A DNA stretch of 64,000 bases, from the IMG/VR virus record IMGVR_UViG_3300044972_002389, positions 264,604-328,603 of that record. One strand, 5' to 3'. Positions 37,463 to 47,580 of the stretch are shown here, piece by piece. The translations under genes were made by a program, and so were the position numbers. The notes beneath the pieces were generated by a model. It ran no database searches. It was not told the origin of the DNA and saw only the letters and a list, made by a program, of their open reading frames with translations. Numbering within the stretch: position 1 is the first letter of the stretch; every line of letters starts with the position of its first letter.

Positions 37463-38205
37463 GATTAGCATCTCCTATTACTCGCTTCTCTGAACCAGAA
37501 AGCATTGTGGCTGAAAGCAGATTACTTCCATTTTTCAGTTCTTTGTCAACTTTGAATCAGGACAATGCAGAAAACCTTGTGTTTCTGTATCTTGTAAGCC
37601 TACAACTCCTGCGTGTAGAGTCAAGCACACAAAAGTTTGCACAGCAATATGCTAACAAAACATTACGCTATAGTAACTTTCGCACTTGGCATCCTGGTGC
37701 CCCTGATTTATATGACTTGTTGTATTTTGTATTGAACAAGGAACCACCTTCAATGGACGAACGTCTTGTCAAACGCTTCTTGAAGAATATACAAAACACA
37801 AATTTTGATCAAAAACAAGCATCTCAGATTCTGTATCAAATTGAAACTTCATTGCGCATCAAGACCCAAAACTATCGCAGTATTAGACGTATTGTTGCTG
37901 ACTGGAATTCCCTCCATATTGACTTGGATGGCAAAAAACTGTGCGTTACCCGATTGCTCCAAGCATTACGATCTAGAGCAGCTCGTGGGGACATAGTCCA
38001 TGAATTGGACAATCTAGCACACTCTCATAATTGGGAATTGAAAGATGTTTGTGATCCCGAAACTGGCGCAGGCTGCGTTGCTCCGCAAGTGGGTCAAGGC
38101 CCAGAAAAGAAAAAACTCAGCTTGTTGAAACAGCTTGCCATAACAGCAGGCATTGGTATAGGCGCATACTACCTTGGAAAGGCACTGGCAGGAGGGATCA
38201 AATGA
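37459..38205 (+). CDS. hypothetical protein with C-terminal TM helix
   Basis: LAITAGIGIGAYYLGKALAGG. Confidence 0.55.
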   Translation: MRLASPITRFSEPESIVAESRLLPFFSSLSTLNQDNAENLVFLYLVSLQLLRVESSTQKFAQQYANKTLRYSNFRTWHPGAPDLYDLLYFVLNKEPPSMDERLVKRFLKNIQNTNFDQKQASQILYQIETSLRIKTQNYRSIRRIVADWNSLHIDLDGKKLCVTRLLQALRSRAARGDIVHELDNLAHSHNWELKDVCDPETGAGCVAPQVGQGPEKKKLSLLKQLAITAGIGIGAYYLGKALAGGIK

Positions 38206-38378
38206 AAATAAGTGAATTATTGCTCAAACCATTAACTGAAATGGCCACAGGCGGGAGTAGCTCAGCTGGCTCTATCGCATCAGTAACCAATCCTTTTGGT
38301 ATTGTAATGAGACGCCCCAGTTTGTTTGGATATGTGCCAAACAAGCCAAAAAAGCGCAAAAAAAGTCGTAAACAATAA
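38202..38378 (+). CDS. small basic protein (58 aa)
   Basis: Not in the ORF track. MKISELLLKPLTEMATGGSSSAGSIASVTNPFG...KPKKRKKSRKQ; ATGA overlap, SD GGAGG. Confidence 0.65.
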   Translation: MKISELLLKPLTEMATGGSSSAGSIASVTNPFGIVMRRPSLFGYVPNKPKKRKKSRKQ

Positions 38379-38416
38379 ATACCCTTGCAATAATGCACTC
38401 TTAAGGAGACAAAACT

Positions 38417-39040
38417 ATGGCCTATGGTCAAACCAACGTAAACGGCGGTTCTCGCGGTGGCGAGTTCCTAACCGGCAATCTAAATTTCTTCCAACTGGTA
38501 ACTGTGATCCCCTGCTTTCCCACCAATGTCACAGCTCCTTTGGCTCAAGCACTGAAGGCTCGTAACTGGACCTCTTTGAGCGCCAGCCGCACCATCACCA
38601 TTGTGGATGGCAATGGAGCAAGCCAAACCTACACCAGTGACGCTGCCTACAATGACGCTGGTGCAAAGCAAGCTAACCTCACAAAGCTGTTGAACACATT
38701 TGCCACTCGTGCTAACCCTGTGATCGTAGCTGTGAGCACTGCTGCTATTGCTGACGGTGCTGGTGCAACAGTGTTGACCAGTGGTGTAAATGCTGTGGAC
38801 TTTGGTAGCGATTTCAATGGCGCACAAACAGGTTACTACATCAACCTGGCCACTGAGCGTAACCCAGCTTGGTTGTTGGACACAAGCACTGTAGAAAGCA
38901 ACACAAATGGCTATCAGTTCCTGAATGCCATTGACGGTGTGATCACAACAGCTACTTCTGTTATCGCTGCAACAAGCTTTGTTGTTAGCGGCAGCAGCGT
39001 TGCCCGCAACATTATCGGCAAGGTTCGCGAAGAACTCTAA
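38417..39040 (+). CDS. virion structural protein
   Basis: TAAATA at 38376, AAGGAG SD, downstream terminator; Ala/Thr/Asn-rich. Confidence 0.65.
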   Translation: MAYGQTNVNGGSRGGEFLTGNLNFFQLVTVIPCFPTNVTAPLAQALKARNWTSLSASRTITIVDGNGASQTYTSDAAYNDAGAKQANLTKLLNTFATRANPVIVAVSTAAIADGAGATVLTSGVNAVDFGSDFNGAQTGYYINLATERNPAWLLDTSTVESNTNGYQFLNAIDGVITTATSVIAATSFVVSGSSVARNIIGKVREEL

Positions 39041-39063
39041 ACCTTATTGGTATAGACAGTGTA

Positions 39064-39090
39064 CAAAAGGCGCAGAAATGCGCCTTTTGT
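39064..39090 (+). terminator. intrinsic terminator
   Basis: ACAAAAGGCGCA-GAAA-TGCGCCTTTTGT. Confidence 0.8.
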
Positions 39091-39285
39091 CGTCTGTAAT
39101 GTTCGCCGTCTAAATATACGATATTTGTGTGAGAAACAAGATGAATACTCAACAACTTTTTGAAACCCACAAGGCCACAAAAACTGTTTTTCAAAGGAAA
39201 AATGGAGTATTGCGTGCTCTTAACATTCCTGTGGAAAAATTAGATGTTAACTCCAAACCTTTAAAACCCATGTTTCCTATAAGCA

Positions 39286-40293
39286 GTGACCGCAATGACC
39301 CCACTACATGAAAACAGCATTGCTGACGTTGTAAGAATATTAAGCAAGGCCAGTAGATTCAGCCCCAAACAGGTAAAACAAGCTGTTGATGACCTTCCAG
39401 CTGATCAACTGATAAATTTAGTCGCTAGTGTTGAAAAACAGAATATCAAACAAGCCTTACAACTATTGCAGTTCACAAACATGGGCAGCAAAAAAACGAC
39501 GTTAGAAGATGTACAAGACAAACTACATAGCTTGGAAAAAGATTCCAAACTAGGACAGCGTACAAGAATACGCCAAATTTTAAGTATTGTAGGATCGCTG
39601 AGCGATCAAGATTGGGAATTGACTTGGCCTACTCTTGATCCCAAAACCATGCAAGGACTGTATCATCATGTTTCCAATCAAAAAACAGAAAACGTTACAA
39701 AATCGCAAGCACAAACGATCCTCCATCACGCCAAGGAAGAATTCATGGAACAAGTAATTTACAAAGATCAAATTGTTGAGGTACGTGTTCCTCGTGGTCC
39801 CAATAACACTGTGGGTATTATTCTTGATCACAAGTTGACAATGGTGCCTCGAGCTGATTGTGGGCCAATAAATGAACAGGTTATGGGCATGACGCAAATG
39901 CCCAGTTTAGCCAGGATGCTGACTTTGGCAGGTGTAGACACATTGCCAGAAGCCTCAGATGGGATTCGTGAAGACAAGTTGCCTCTGGGCATGCGCGTGG
40001 TTGTGGAATTTGATCCTGAACAACCTATGGACAAAACGAGAGTTAAAATTTTGAATGTGGACGCAACAGTTACACTAGAAGGCCTCCGTTTGCGAATACA
40101 ACGACAATTCCGTGATTTGAGTGCTGACTTAACAAGCGGAAGCCCTGACTATAAATTTGCAGGTGCCAATGCCAAGAGCTTAGCCAACAGTTTGGATACT
40201 ATGCAAGCTGCCTTACAAGATCTTCAAATCATACGAACATCTCAAGGTGCTGGCAGCAATATTCCAGAGGTGCTAGAGAATGAAGATTATTGA
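39286..40293 (+). CDS. hypothetical (probable virion) protein
   Basis: 335-aa ORF; contains RMLTLAG, similar to the motif in 5026..5766. Confidence 0.55.
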   Translation: MTAMTPLHENSIADVVRILSKASRFSPKQVKQAVDDLPADQLINLVASVEKQNIKQALQLLQFTNMGSKKTTLEDVQDKLHSLEKDSKLGQRTRIRQILSIVGSLSDQDWELTWPTLDPKTMQGLYHHVSNQKTENVTKSQAQTILHHAKEEFMEQVIYKDQIVEVRVPRGPNNTVGIILDHKLTMVPRADCGPINEQVMGMTQMPSLARMLTLAGVDTLPEASDGIREDKLPLGMRVVVEFDPEQPMDKTRVKILNVDATVTLEGLRLRIQRQFRDLSADLTSGSPDYKFAGANAKSLANSLDTMQAALQDLQIIRTSQGAGSNIPEVLENEDY

Positions 40294-40507
40294 ACTGGGT
40301 GCATGGCGAACGCCAGTCAGCAATGAAGAAAATCTTTTGATCAATAAAATAACTGGCAATCAAGGCTCAATAGCCAAAAGTTCTCTTTCGGATAGAGAAA
40401 AAGTGGTAGCAAAAAATCTTGTAGCCCGTGGAGTGTTGACACGAGTTAAACGGGATGATAAACTCTATTATAGCTTTGACGACCCAAGTGATCAATGGAG
40501 AATCTAG
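40280..40507 (+). CDS. hypothetical protein
   Basis: Packed ORF starting MKIIEL. Confidence 0.55.
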   Translation: MKIIELGAWRTPVSNEENLLINKITGNQGSIAKSSLSDREKVVAKNLVARGVLTRVKRDDKLYYSFDDPSDQWRI

Positions 40508-40508
40508 T

Positions 40509-41177
40509 ATGACAGTTAGTAATGAAGACAAAGACGCAATGAGCCGTCTCTTGCAGATTATGAACGGAGAAAAAACTCCACAGAGTCCTCGCTCAGCGCG
40601 CAGTCCAGCCAGTTCTGCTCCCCTAGAACTGGCTGGTGCTGGGCAAGTTACTAGGGCAGATGTTGATGCTATGGCGCAAGTGTTGACGCGCCTAAACAAT
40701 GTTGTAGGTCAAGTGTCAACAGATATCTTGTTGGAAAGTGACAACAATCCTGAGCTAGCACAAGCTCTTGTAACTGAAACAACCTATGCTGGTATCAAAA
40801 TAGGGCGCTATGAAATCAAAATCAATCTAGATGAAACTAGGCTGGTCAACAAACAACATTACAGTGTTGTTAACAAGATTTCTGGTGAAGTTTTGGCTCA
40901 CGAACTAGGCCTTTATGAAGCTGCACATGGCTTGGTAAAAATGCTAAACAGCGGCCTCTATATCAACAGCCAAAGCGTCAGAGATCTTTTGGAAGCGGAA
41001 GCCGCCTATACTAGCCACAAAATGGATGCTATTCGATTCAAGCGCCGTGCCAAAAAGAGTCTGATTGAAGGCAAGGGCCACGATACCAGTCTATTTGAAG
41101 CACGTCGAGTAGCAGCAATGGATAAAGCAATGACAGCTAAAAGTCGTATCAAAAAAATCTACAACAGCTTGCCATGA
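40509..41177 (+). CDS. hypothetical protein
   Basis: SD GGAG; packed. Confidence 0.55.
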   Translation: MTVSNEDKDAMSRLLQIMNGEKTPQSPRSARSPASSAPLELAGAGQVTRADVDAMAQVLTRLNNVVGQVSTDILLESDNNPELAQALVTETTYAGIKIGRYEIKINLDETRLVNKQHYSVVNKISGEVLAHELGLYEAAHGLVKMLNSGLYINSQSVRDLLEAEAAYTSHKMDAIRFKRRAKKSLIEGKGHDTSLFEARRVAAMDKAMTAKSRIKKIYNSLP

Positions 41178-41473
41178 TACTTGTTACAGACCAAGCACAA
41201 ACACAACTGTCCAAAATTCTCCCTCTTGGGGGAAGATTTAGGATTCTCATTGAGAGCGGTGGATGCAGCGGCTTTGAAAAAAAGTTTGAAATCTGCAACG
41301 ATATTCGCCCTGACGATTTTAACTTTGGACATGTATTGATTGACCCACAAAGTCTGGAACTGTTGGGCAACGCCACCTTAGACTATAAGATCAGCTTGGG
41401 GGAACAAAAATTTGTCCTAGACATACCCCAAGCGTCAATTTCCTGCGGATGTGGTAAAAGCTTCAATTTTTGA
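41174..41473 (+). CDS. IscA/HesB-family Fe-S cluster assembly accessory protein
   Basis: GGCSGF, DP.SL..L...TLDY, C-terminal CGCGKSF. Confidence 0.9.
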   Translation: MILVTDQAQTQLSKILPLGGRFRILIESGGCSGFEKKFEICNDIRPDDFNFGHVLIDPQSLELLGNATLDYKISLGEQKFVLDIPQASISCGCGKSFNF

Positions 41474-41516
41474 CAAGAGAACCCATAAATAGATCTAAAC
41501 ATTGGAAGTTTGGATC

Positions 41517-43472
41517 ATGTTCGTCAATTCTCTAGATTTCGACAGAGACAGAAAACTCTCCCAAATATTGCACACTTTGAAGCATGTGCATCAGTGGGAA
41601 TTAGCCTCAGATGACGAAATCTCTCTATTAGAAACGCAAAGCGTCTATGAGGCTTTGAAGCAAAAAATTGTTGAACAAAGTGCATTCAACAGTTATTACA
41701 ACAACCCTGAATACACCAAAGCAGCATTGATTACTGAAGCTGTATATATGCTGCTGGAAATTGCCCCAAAACGACGCAAGAAATCTGTCAAAGAGGGTGA
41801 AGAACAATATCGCAACAAGGACCATTACATGCGCAAAGGCAACCTCAAAGAAAAAATGGCCACCAGAGACTGGGATGGCGACGGAAAGATTGAAAGCGAA
41901 AAGGATGAGGTTTGGGGCAGCAGAATGCGTGCTGCTGATAAAGCCAAACAAAAGAAGAAGAAGCTGAAGGAAGATCAAAACCTAGAGCAAGCTGAAACTC
42001 TCCTGGCTGCCAAAGACATCAGTGACCAACTTCAAGATATGGCGGAAGATGCTGCCAAAATGAGTGTAGATGCACTTATGCCATTGGTTGATACAATGAA
42101 AGCTCAATTTGGGCAGGAACAAGCTAATGCATTCAATGAAGTTTTGAAAACCAATCTGCAAAGTGTATTGGATGCGGTAATCAAAGCCAAAGACGAAACT
42201 GATAATGCTATTATGGCCTTACAGGGTGGCCAAACACCAGCAGCCTCTGCAGATATTTCTGCTCCAGTGCCAAGTGACCCCTCACAAGAGCAGGGTGCAG
42301 AGATTGACTTGGATCAAGAGTTTTCTGCTAGCCCTGCAACAAGCGGTCCTGTTGAAGAGCCTTTGGGTCGTGCCAGCAAAAGAGAGTTGGATGAGGCTCG
42401 CAAAAAGTGCATGGAATGCGGCACAGGTGTTTACGAAACTCACAAGCCCGGCCACATGGTATGCAACAACTGCGGCAGCAAAATGGTAGCTGAGGCTTGG
42501 GATACCAAGATGAAGACTGCCAAGAAAGACATTGGCAAGTGGGAAGGTTACTCCATCTCTGAACTCAAGGCCCGGAAGAAAAAGTTGATGGTCAAAGAAG
42601 AACGCAGTGCCAAAGAACAAAAAGAGGTCCACCAAATCAACTTTGCTTTGCGTGCCAAGCAGGAAAACAACTGGGGCAAAATCAAGGAAGCAGATGAAGG
42701 CAGTGTTGCTGAACTAGCTACTATGGCTATTACCGGCAAAAAGAAAAATGGACAAATGCTGACTCCTACTCAAAAGAAAGCTGCACAAGATGCTGCTGAA
42801 AAGCTATCTAATGCCAAAATTGACGAAAAAATCACAAAGAAAATGAGTCAAGGTGAAATCATAAGTGACTTTGTTCACAGTGATGATCCCAAGTTCAAAG
42901 GCAAGAACAAAGCTGAGCGCACAAAAATGGCGTTGGGCGCCTATTATGGTATGCACCCAGAAAACAGCAAGAAGGAAGAATCCCAACTAGCTCAAGTCAA
43001 TGCACTCTTGGAATCACTTATCAAAAAGTTCAATCAACTCAAGACACAATTGGCGGAACACAAGACTCAGTTTGCCAAAAAACTAAATGAAGGTCGCATT
43101 ACAGATCCATTGAATTTAGGTTATGGATTGGAGGGCGATGCCATTAGACTACAAATGCGCTCAATCAAAGAGAAAGTCCAAGAAGCACAAACAATACAAG
43201 GTAAAGTTCAAAAGCTTATTTCCAACAGAAAAACAGCAGTGGCAGAAGCACAAACAAAACTACAGAGCTTGGATAAAAATCTTGGTTCCACGCCCTATGG
43301 CGTAATTGGTATTCAAACCAACGGCCAAAAAGTGCATCGTTTGTTTGAAAGTGCTGAAAAACGCCTGATGTGGCTTGAGTTCCAACAAGACACATTGAAG
43401 GAATATCGTTTGATAGACCCCAGCAACATAGACAAAGCAAAACAGTATTTGAAAAAGCGTATTGAGCGCTAA
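41517..43472 (+). CDS. large head-associated (scaffold/core-like) protein
   Basis: Late promoter at 41486; coiled coils; many x-x-E putative protease sites; internal CxxC...CxxC. Confidence 0.5.
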   Translation: MFVNSLDFDRDRKLSQILHTLKHVHQWELASDDEISLLETQSVYEALKQKIVEQSAFNSYYNNPEYTKAALITEAVYMLLEIAPKRRKKSVKEGEEQYRNKDHYMRKGNLKEKMATRDWDGDGKIESEKDEVWGSRMRAADKAKQKKKKLKEDQNLEQAETLLAAKDISDQLQDMAEDAAKMSVDALMPLVDTMKAQFGQEQANAFNEVLKTNLQSVLDAVIKAKDETDNAIMALQGGQTPAASADISAPVPSDPSQEQGAEIDLDQEFSASPATSGPVEEPLGRASKRELDEARKKCMECGTGVYETHKPGHMVCNNCGSKMVAEAWDTKMKTAKKDIGKWEGYSISELKARKKKLMVKEERSAKEQKEVHQINFALRAKQENNWGKIKEADEGSVAELATMAITGKKKNGQMLTPTQKKAAQDAAEKLSNAKIDEKITKKMSQGEIISDFVHSDDPKFKGKNKAERTKMALGAYYGMHPENSKKEESQLAQVNALLESLIKKFNQLKTQLAEHKTQFAKKLNEGRITDPLNLGYGLEGDAIRLQMRSIKEKVQEAQTIQGKVQKLISNRKTAVAEAQTKLQSLDKNLGSTPYGVIGIQTNGQKVHRLFESAEKRLMWLEFQQDTLKEYRLIDPSNIDKAKQYLKKRIER

Positions 43473-43474
43473 GC

Positions 43475-43503
43475 AAAAAGGGAGTTTAAAAACTCCCTTT
43501 TTT
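43475..43503 (+). terminator. intrinsic terminator
   Basis: AAAAAGGGAGTT-TAAA-AACTCCCTTTTTT. Confidence 0.8.
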
Positions 43504-43534
43504 CATCTCCGTCCCCCATTGTTAAATACTGATT

Positions 43535-43867
43535 ATGAGAGCACATGAATTTTTAAATGAAGCCAACAATGTTGATAACATCCGCGAGCAACTTGCGTTG
43601 TTGTTAACTACATTACATGCCAATCAAGTTCCTAGTGTGAGTTTGAAACAAATACGTCAAAGCCTTGAAGGTTCTGGATTTTGGGTTACCAAGAAATGGA
43701 TTCAAGACAATGCTAGGAACATAGGTATTGTCAAAGATGTTGACGAAAAAGAAATCTCCCTTGACGTGGAAACAGACGATCCAGAGCCTGAAGCCAAAGA
43801 TGATCAAGAGGATCAAAAAACTGTAGAGAAAATGGCCAAAAAAGCTTTGCAGAGGAGAAAAGACTAA
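43535..43867 (+). CDS. hypothetical virion protein
   Basis: Starts MRAHEFLNE after TAAATA at 43523. Confidence 0.55.
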   Translation: MRAHEFLNEANNVDNIREQLALLLTTLHANQVPSVSLKQIRQSLEGSGFWVTKKWIQDNARNIGIVKDVDEKEISLDVETDDPEPEAKDDQEDQKTVEKMAKKALQRRKD

Positions 43868-46338
43868 TGGTTACAACTAGTTGGTTTATTACTGCTGTTG
43901 AAGCAAGAAACAATATTGTCAAAGACATTGCAGTTCATAGTGAAATAACAGGTATTGAACGTGAAATACTTTTTGCTGTGCAGCGAGGTGATTACGAAGT
44001 CGACGTTACTGACAATACTTTGATAACAGAAAGCAGTCCTGACCCTGTAATCCCCTTCACTGTTGATCCAGTAACAGATACTCTAACAATCACCTCGCAT
44101 CCATTTCGTACCGGTGATGTTGTGGTAGTGAGCAGCACTGGTGAGTTACCCCCGCCACTGTTGTCTACAAAATATTATTACGTGATTTACATAAACCCAG
44201 ACACTATAAAACTGGCAACTAGCAAAGCCAATGCAGCTAGTGGTCAGCCAATTTCCATAGATTTTGGTCAAGGGGTAACAACAGTTGCAGTCTCGGATCC
44301 TGGCAGTGGATACTTGAGTCCGCCCACAATTGGTTTTGTTGGGGGTCAACCCACTATTCCCGCTACTGCACAAGCCGTCTTACAATCTTCAGGTCCTGTA
44401 GCCATAGTGAGTTTGCTCACAAGTGGCTCTGGTTACACTGATATTCCAAATGCCAGTTTTTTCACTGTGGGCACCGGCGCTGTCCTAGGTCCTTGCACAT
44501 TTAAAGTTGTAAGTGTAACAGTCTTATTTGGGGGCAGTGGCTATAATTTAAATGATCTCATCTATGTAATAGGCGGGACAGGCACAGCATTTATTGCCAA
44601 AGCAACAGGTGTTAATGGTGGTGCAGTAACATCTATTTCCGTTACTAACGCTGGTAATTACAGTGTACTACCAACATTGAGTGGTGCTATTACAAGCTCA
44701 AGTGGCACAGGCTCTGGTTGCCAATTCACACTCAGCATGGGCATATCTAGCATCAGCATTTCCAACGGAGGCATACAGTATGTGAATCCTCCCTTGGTAT
44801 CAATAGGCGGAGGTGGTGGAACAAATGCCACAGCTACGACTCTAATTTCTGGCGGCGCTGTAGTAAATGTTGTAATAACAAATCCAGGAGCTGGGTTTAC
44901 TGGCCAACCCACTGTACAAGCCCTTGCTGGTAGCGGAGCCACTGCATCTGTAAGATTGTTACCAACAACTGTTGCTACAGTTGCCATAACCAACAATGGT
45001 GGTGCAACATATACGAGCGTTCCAAATGTGTCTATACAGGCTCTTGGTAGTGGTGCCACAGTGTTCAGCATAAGCATGCTGACTGTGGGTGCTTTCCTAA
45101 TAAATGCAGGTGTTGGCTATACGCAAGGAGATCAACTCCTAGCAAGTGGCGGGATTGGATTGGCAAGCACACAAATACAAGTGCTCACTACTGACAGCCA
45201 AGGAAGAATTTTAACGTGGAATATAGTCAACCCAGGCATATACACAGCCTTGCCACAATTACAAAGTAACAATTTTGTGGGTGGCAATGGTATAGGTGCA
45301 AGCTGGACATTGACTATGGGCGTGAAATCAGTAACGTTAGCTAGTGGTGGAAGTGGTTATATTACTAGCCCCTTAGTTGTGTTCACAAGCGGTGGTGGTG
45401 CCGGAGCAGCCGGATATGCCACAATCTCTGTGGGTGCAGTTTCCCAAATAATAATTACAGACAATGGTGCCAACTACACTAGTGTTCCTATAGCAACCAT
45501 AAGTGGCGGAAGTGGTGCAACAGCGCAGGCACAGTTGACACCAACTGGGGTAAACACCATTACTGTGGACGATCCAGGTTCAGGTTACGTGACAGCGCCG
45601 GAAGTCACTATAAGCGGTGGCGGTGGCACAGGGGCATTGGCAATTGCTGATCTTATTGGTGATGTTATTGACACCATTACAGTAATTGATCCTGGGTCTG
45701 GATATACAAGTGCACCTAGCGTAACAATTGAAGGTAATGCTGTGGGAACCGCTAATATTATACCCACTACATTACAGAGCATAAGTGTAATTGCCAATGG
45801 CACTGGATATACACATGTGCCTTCAGTAATAGTTGCAGGAGCCGCAACAGCAGTAGCACGCATGGCACCTACAGGTATTTTGAGTGTAGATATTATAAAT
45901 GGTGGCACCAATTATGTTAGTGACCCCTTATTACTTTTGGGTTTTGGTGCCGGCCAAATAGGCACTCCTGTGGCCCCCACCAGCAACACAAATAGAAGTT
46001 TTAGCATTGAGCTGATTCAAGTCTTGGAAAGTGGAGATGAGTATCAGACTATACCATCTGTAACCATAAGTGCACCGGATATCTCCACAGGTATCCTTGC
46101 TGTGGCTGTTGCCTCTCTAGGAAGCGGCACTGGCAATTTTAGTTTAATACAATATGAAGCCAGCCGAGACTATTACAAAGTATGGAAAAATCAAAGTCCC
46201 AGTAGTGAATTACTAGTGCGTCCTATGGCAGATCAAATGAACGCTGTCATCAAATACTTCACAGATTTGGGGTACACTATCAATAGATACACTAACACGT
46301 CAACAGGTGATACAATTAGCTGGAACGTTAAGTGGTAA
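43867..46338 (+). CDS. Gly/Ser/Thr-rich repetitive tail/baseplate protein
   Basis: Many imperfect repeats of V..I.V.(N/D).GSGY.S.P.V.I.GG.G.GATA. Confidence 0.7.
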   Translation: MVTTSWFITAVEARNNIVKDIAVHSEITGIEREILFAVQRGDYEVDVTDNTLITESSPDPVIPFTVDPVTDTLTITSHPFRTGDVVVVSSTGELPPPLLSTKYYYVIYINPDTIKLATSKANAASGQPISIDFGQGVTTVAVSDPGSGYLSPPTIGFVGGQPTIPATAQAVLQSSGPVAIVSLLTSGSGYTDIPNASFFTVGTGAVLGPCTFKVVSVTVLFGGSGYNLNDLIYVIGGTGTAFIAKATGVNGGAVTSISVTNAGNYSVLPTLSGAITSSSGTGSGCQFTLSMGISSISISNGGIQYVNPPLVSIGGGGGTNATATTLISGGAVVNVVITNPGAGFTGQPTVQALAGSGATASVRLLPTTVATVAITNNGGATYTSVPNVSIQALGSGATVFSISMLTVGAFLINAGVGYTQGDQLLASGGIGLASTQIQVLTTDSQGRILTWNIVNPGIYTALPQLQSNNFVGGNGIGASWTLTMGVKSVTLASGGSGYITSPLVVFTSGGGAGAAGYATISVGAVSQIIITDNGANYTSVPIATISGGSGATAQAQLTPTGVNTITVDDPGSGYVTAPEVTISGGGGTGALAIADLIGDVIDTITVIDPGSGYTSAPSVTIEGNAVGTANIIPTTLQSISVIANGTGYTHVPSVIVAGAATAVARMAPTGILSVDIINGGTNYVSDPLLLLGFGAGQIGTPVAPTSNTNRSFSIELIQVLESGDEYQTIPSVTISAPDISTGILAVAVASLGSGTGNFSLIQYEASRDYYKVWKNQSPSSELLVRPMADQMNAVIKYFTDLGYTINRYTNTSTGDTISWNVKW

Positions 46339-46341
46339 CTG

Positions 46342-46839
46342 ATGAGAAGCGACCGTAATCCTTACTTTTTCTTGAAAAAGAGCAAGGACCCTCAGATTCA
46401 GCAACTGTTGAAAGATGCTGAAACCCTTTGTCCGCATGACATCCAAAAAATGAACGTCAAGCCAGATGTAAAAAAGGCCATGATGTTCATTGCTGAGTTT
46501 GGTCAGAAAGACAAAAGCCAACATACCGCAGAGCTTTTGGCTGACAAAATGTCCCAGTCATCTGTTCCAATATCCACTATCTCGAAAGAAATTTGGCAAT
46601 ATCAAGGCTCTACAATTTTTGTAGCTGTAACGCCTACTAGCAGTATTGAAGTACAGCCCAACAGTTATTTCTTAAAAGATCAAGAGAAAATATTCATAAA
46701 TCACAATTGGTTAAGATTACAAATAAGCAGAGAACAAATTTTAGCTAGCAGTGTGTTTCATAGTTTTGGTAGCTTTCAAGATCTTAACTTACTGAAGAAA
46801 GTTCAATTGGAACAGAAATACAGCAGGACATTGCAATAG
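46342..46839 (+). CDS. hypothetical protein
   Basis: 165-aa ORF. Confidence 0.5.
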   Translation: MRSDRNPYFFLKKSKDPQIQQLLKDAETLCPHDIQKMNVKPDVKKAMMFIAEFGQKDKSQHTAELLADKMSQSSVPISTISKEIWQYQGSTIFVAVTPTSSIEVQPNSYFLKDQEKIFINHNWLRLQISREQILASSVFHSFGSFQDLNLLKKVQLEQKYSRTLQ

Positions 46840-46866
46840 AGCATCGCATCGTATAAAGTCACAGTT

Positions 46867-47580
46867 ATGATCCCAGTTGCATCCCTTTTTGATTATGGTC
46901 TCAGTAAGAGAAGTGAAGATAATGGAACGAGACACTATCTAACCCCAGATGGCCACAAAGTGCCTTCAGTAACAACAATCTTAAGCAAAAGCAAGGATAT
47001 GACTCATTTGCTGGAGTGGCGGAAACGAATAGGCGATGCTGCGGCTGACCAAATCACAAAAGAGAGTACTGGGTTGGGCAGTATGATGCATAGTCATCTT
47101 GAGTGTTGGATCAAACAGGAAGAGCGTCCAGGTGGCACAAATGTTGGTCGAGTTATGGCCAAACAGATGGCAGATGTGATTATTGATCAAGGACTGTCAA
47201 ACGTATCAGAAGTTTGGGGTATTGAAGTACCTCTACGGTATGAACAGCTTTGGGCTGGGACTACAGATTTGGTAGGTGTCTACAAAGGGCAGGAAGCTAT
47301 AATGGATTTCAAAACCACCAACAAGCCCAAAAAACTTGACCATGTGCAAGACTACTTTCTGCAACTTACTGCCTACATTATGGCCCACAATCAAACCTTT
47401 GGTACCAATATCCAACAGGGCGTAATATTCATGGTCAGCCGAGATCTTTCGTATCAAGAATTCGTGTTGGAGCCACATCAACTGGAAGAGTATGAAAAAC
47501 TTTGGTTAGACCGGCTGATGATGTATTATGACAAACACCCTATGCCGTCTTTGATCAGCAATGAATCCATTTCTTCTTGA
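46867..47580 (+). CDS. PD-(D/E)XK exonuclease (phage exonuclease, MGME1-like)
   Basis: PSVTTIL, G...H..LE, E, AGTTD, IMDFKT, QL.AY. Confidence 0.85.
   Translation: MIPVASLFDYGLSKRSEDNGTRHYLTPDGHKVPSVTTILSKSKDMTHLLEWRKRIGDAAADQITKESTGLGSMMHSHLECWIKQEERPGGTNVGRVMAKQMADVIIDQGLSNVSEVWGIEVPLRYEQLWAGTTDLVGVYKGQEAIMDFKTTNKPKKLDHVQDYFLQLTAYIMAHNQTFGTNIQQGVIFMVSRDLSYQEFVLEPHQLEEYEKLWLDRLMMYYDKHPMPSLISNESISS

Noticed and set aside
46867-47580. Cas4 / CRISPR adaptation gene
   Set aside because: Lacks the four-Cys Fe-S motif; ordinary phage PD-(D/E)XK exonuclease
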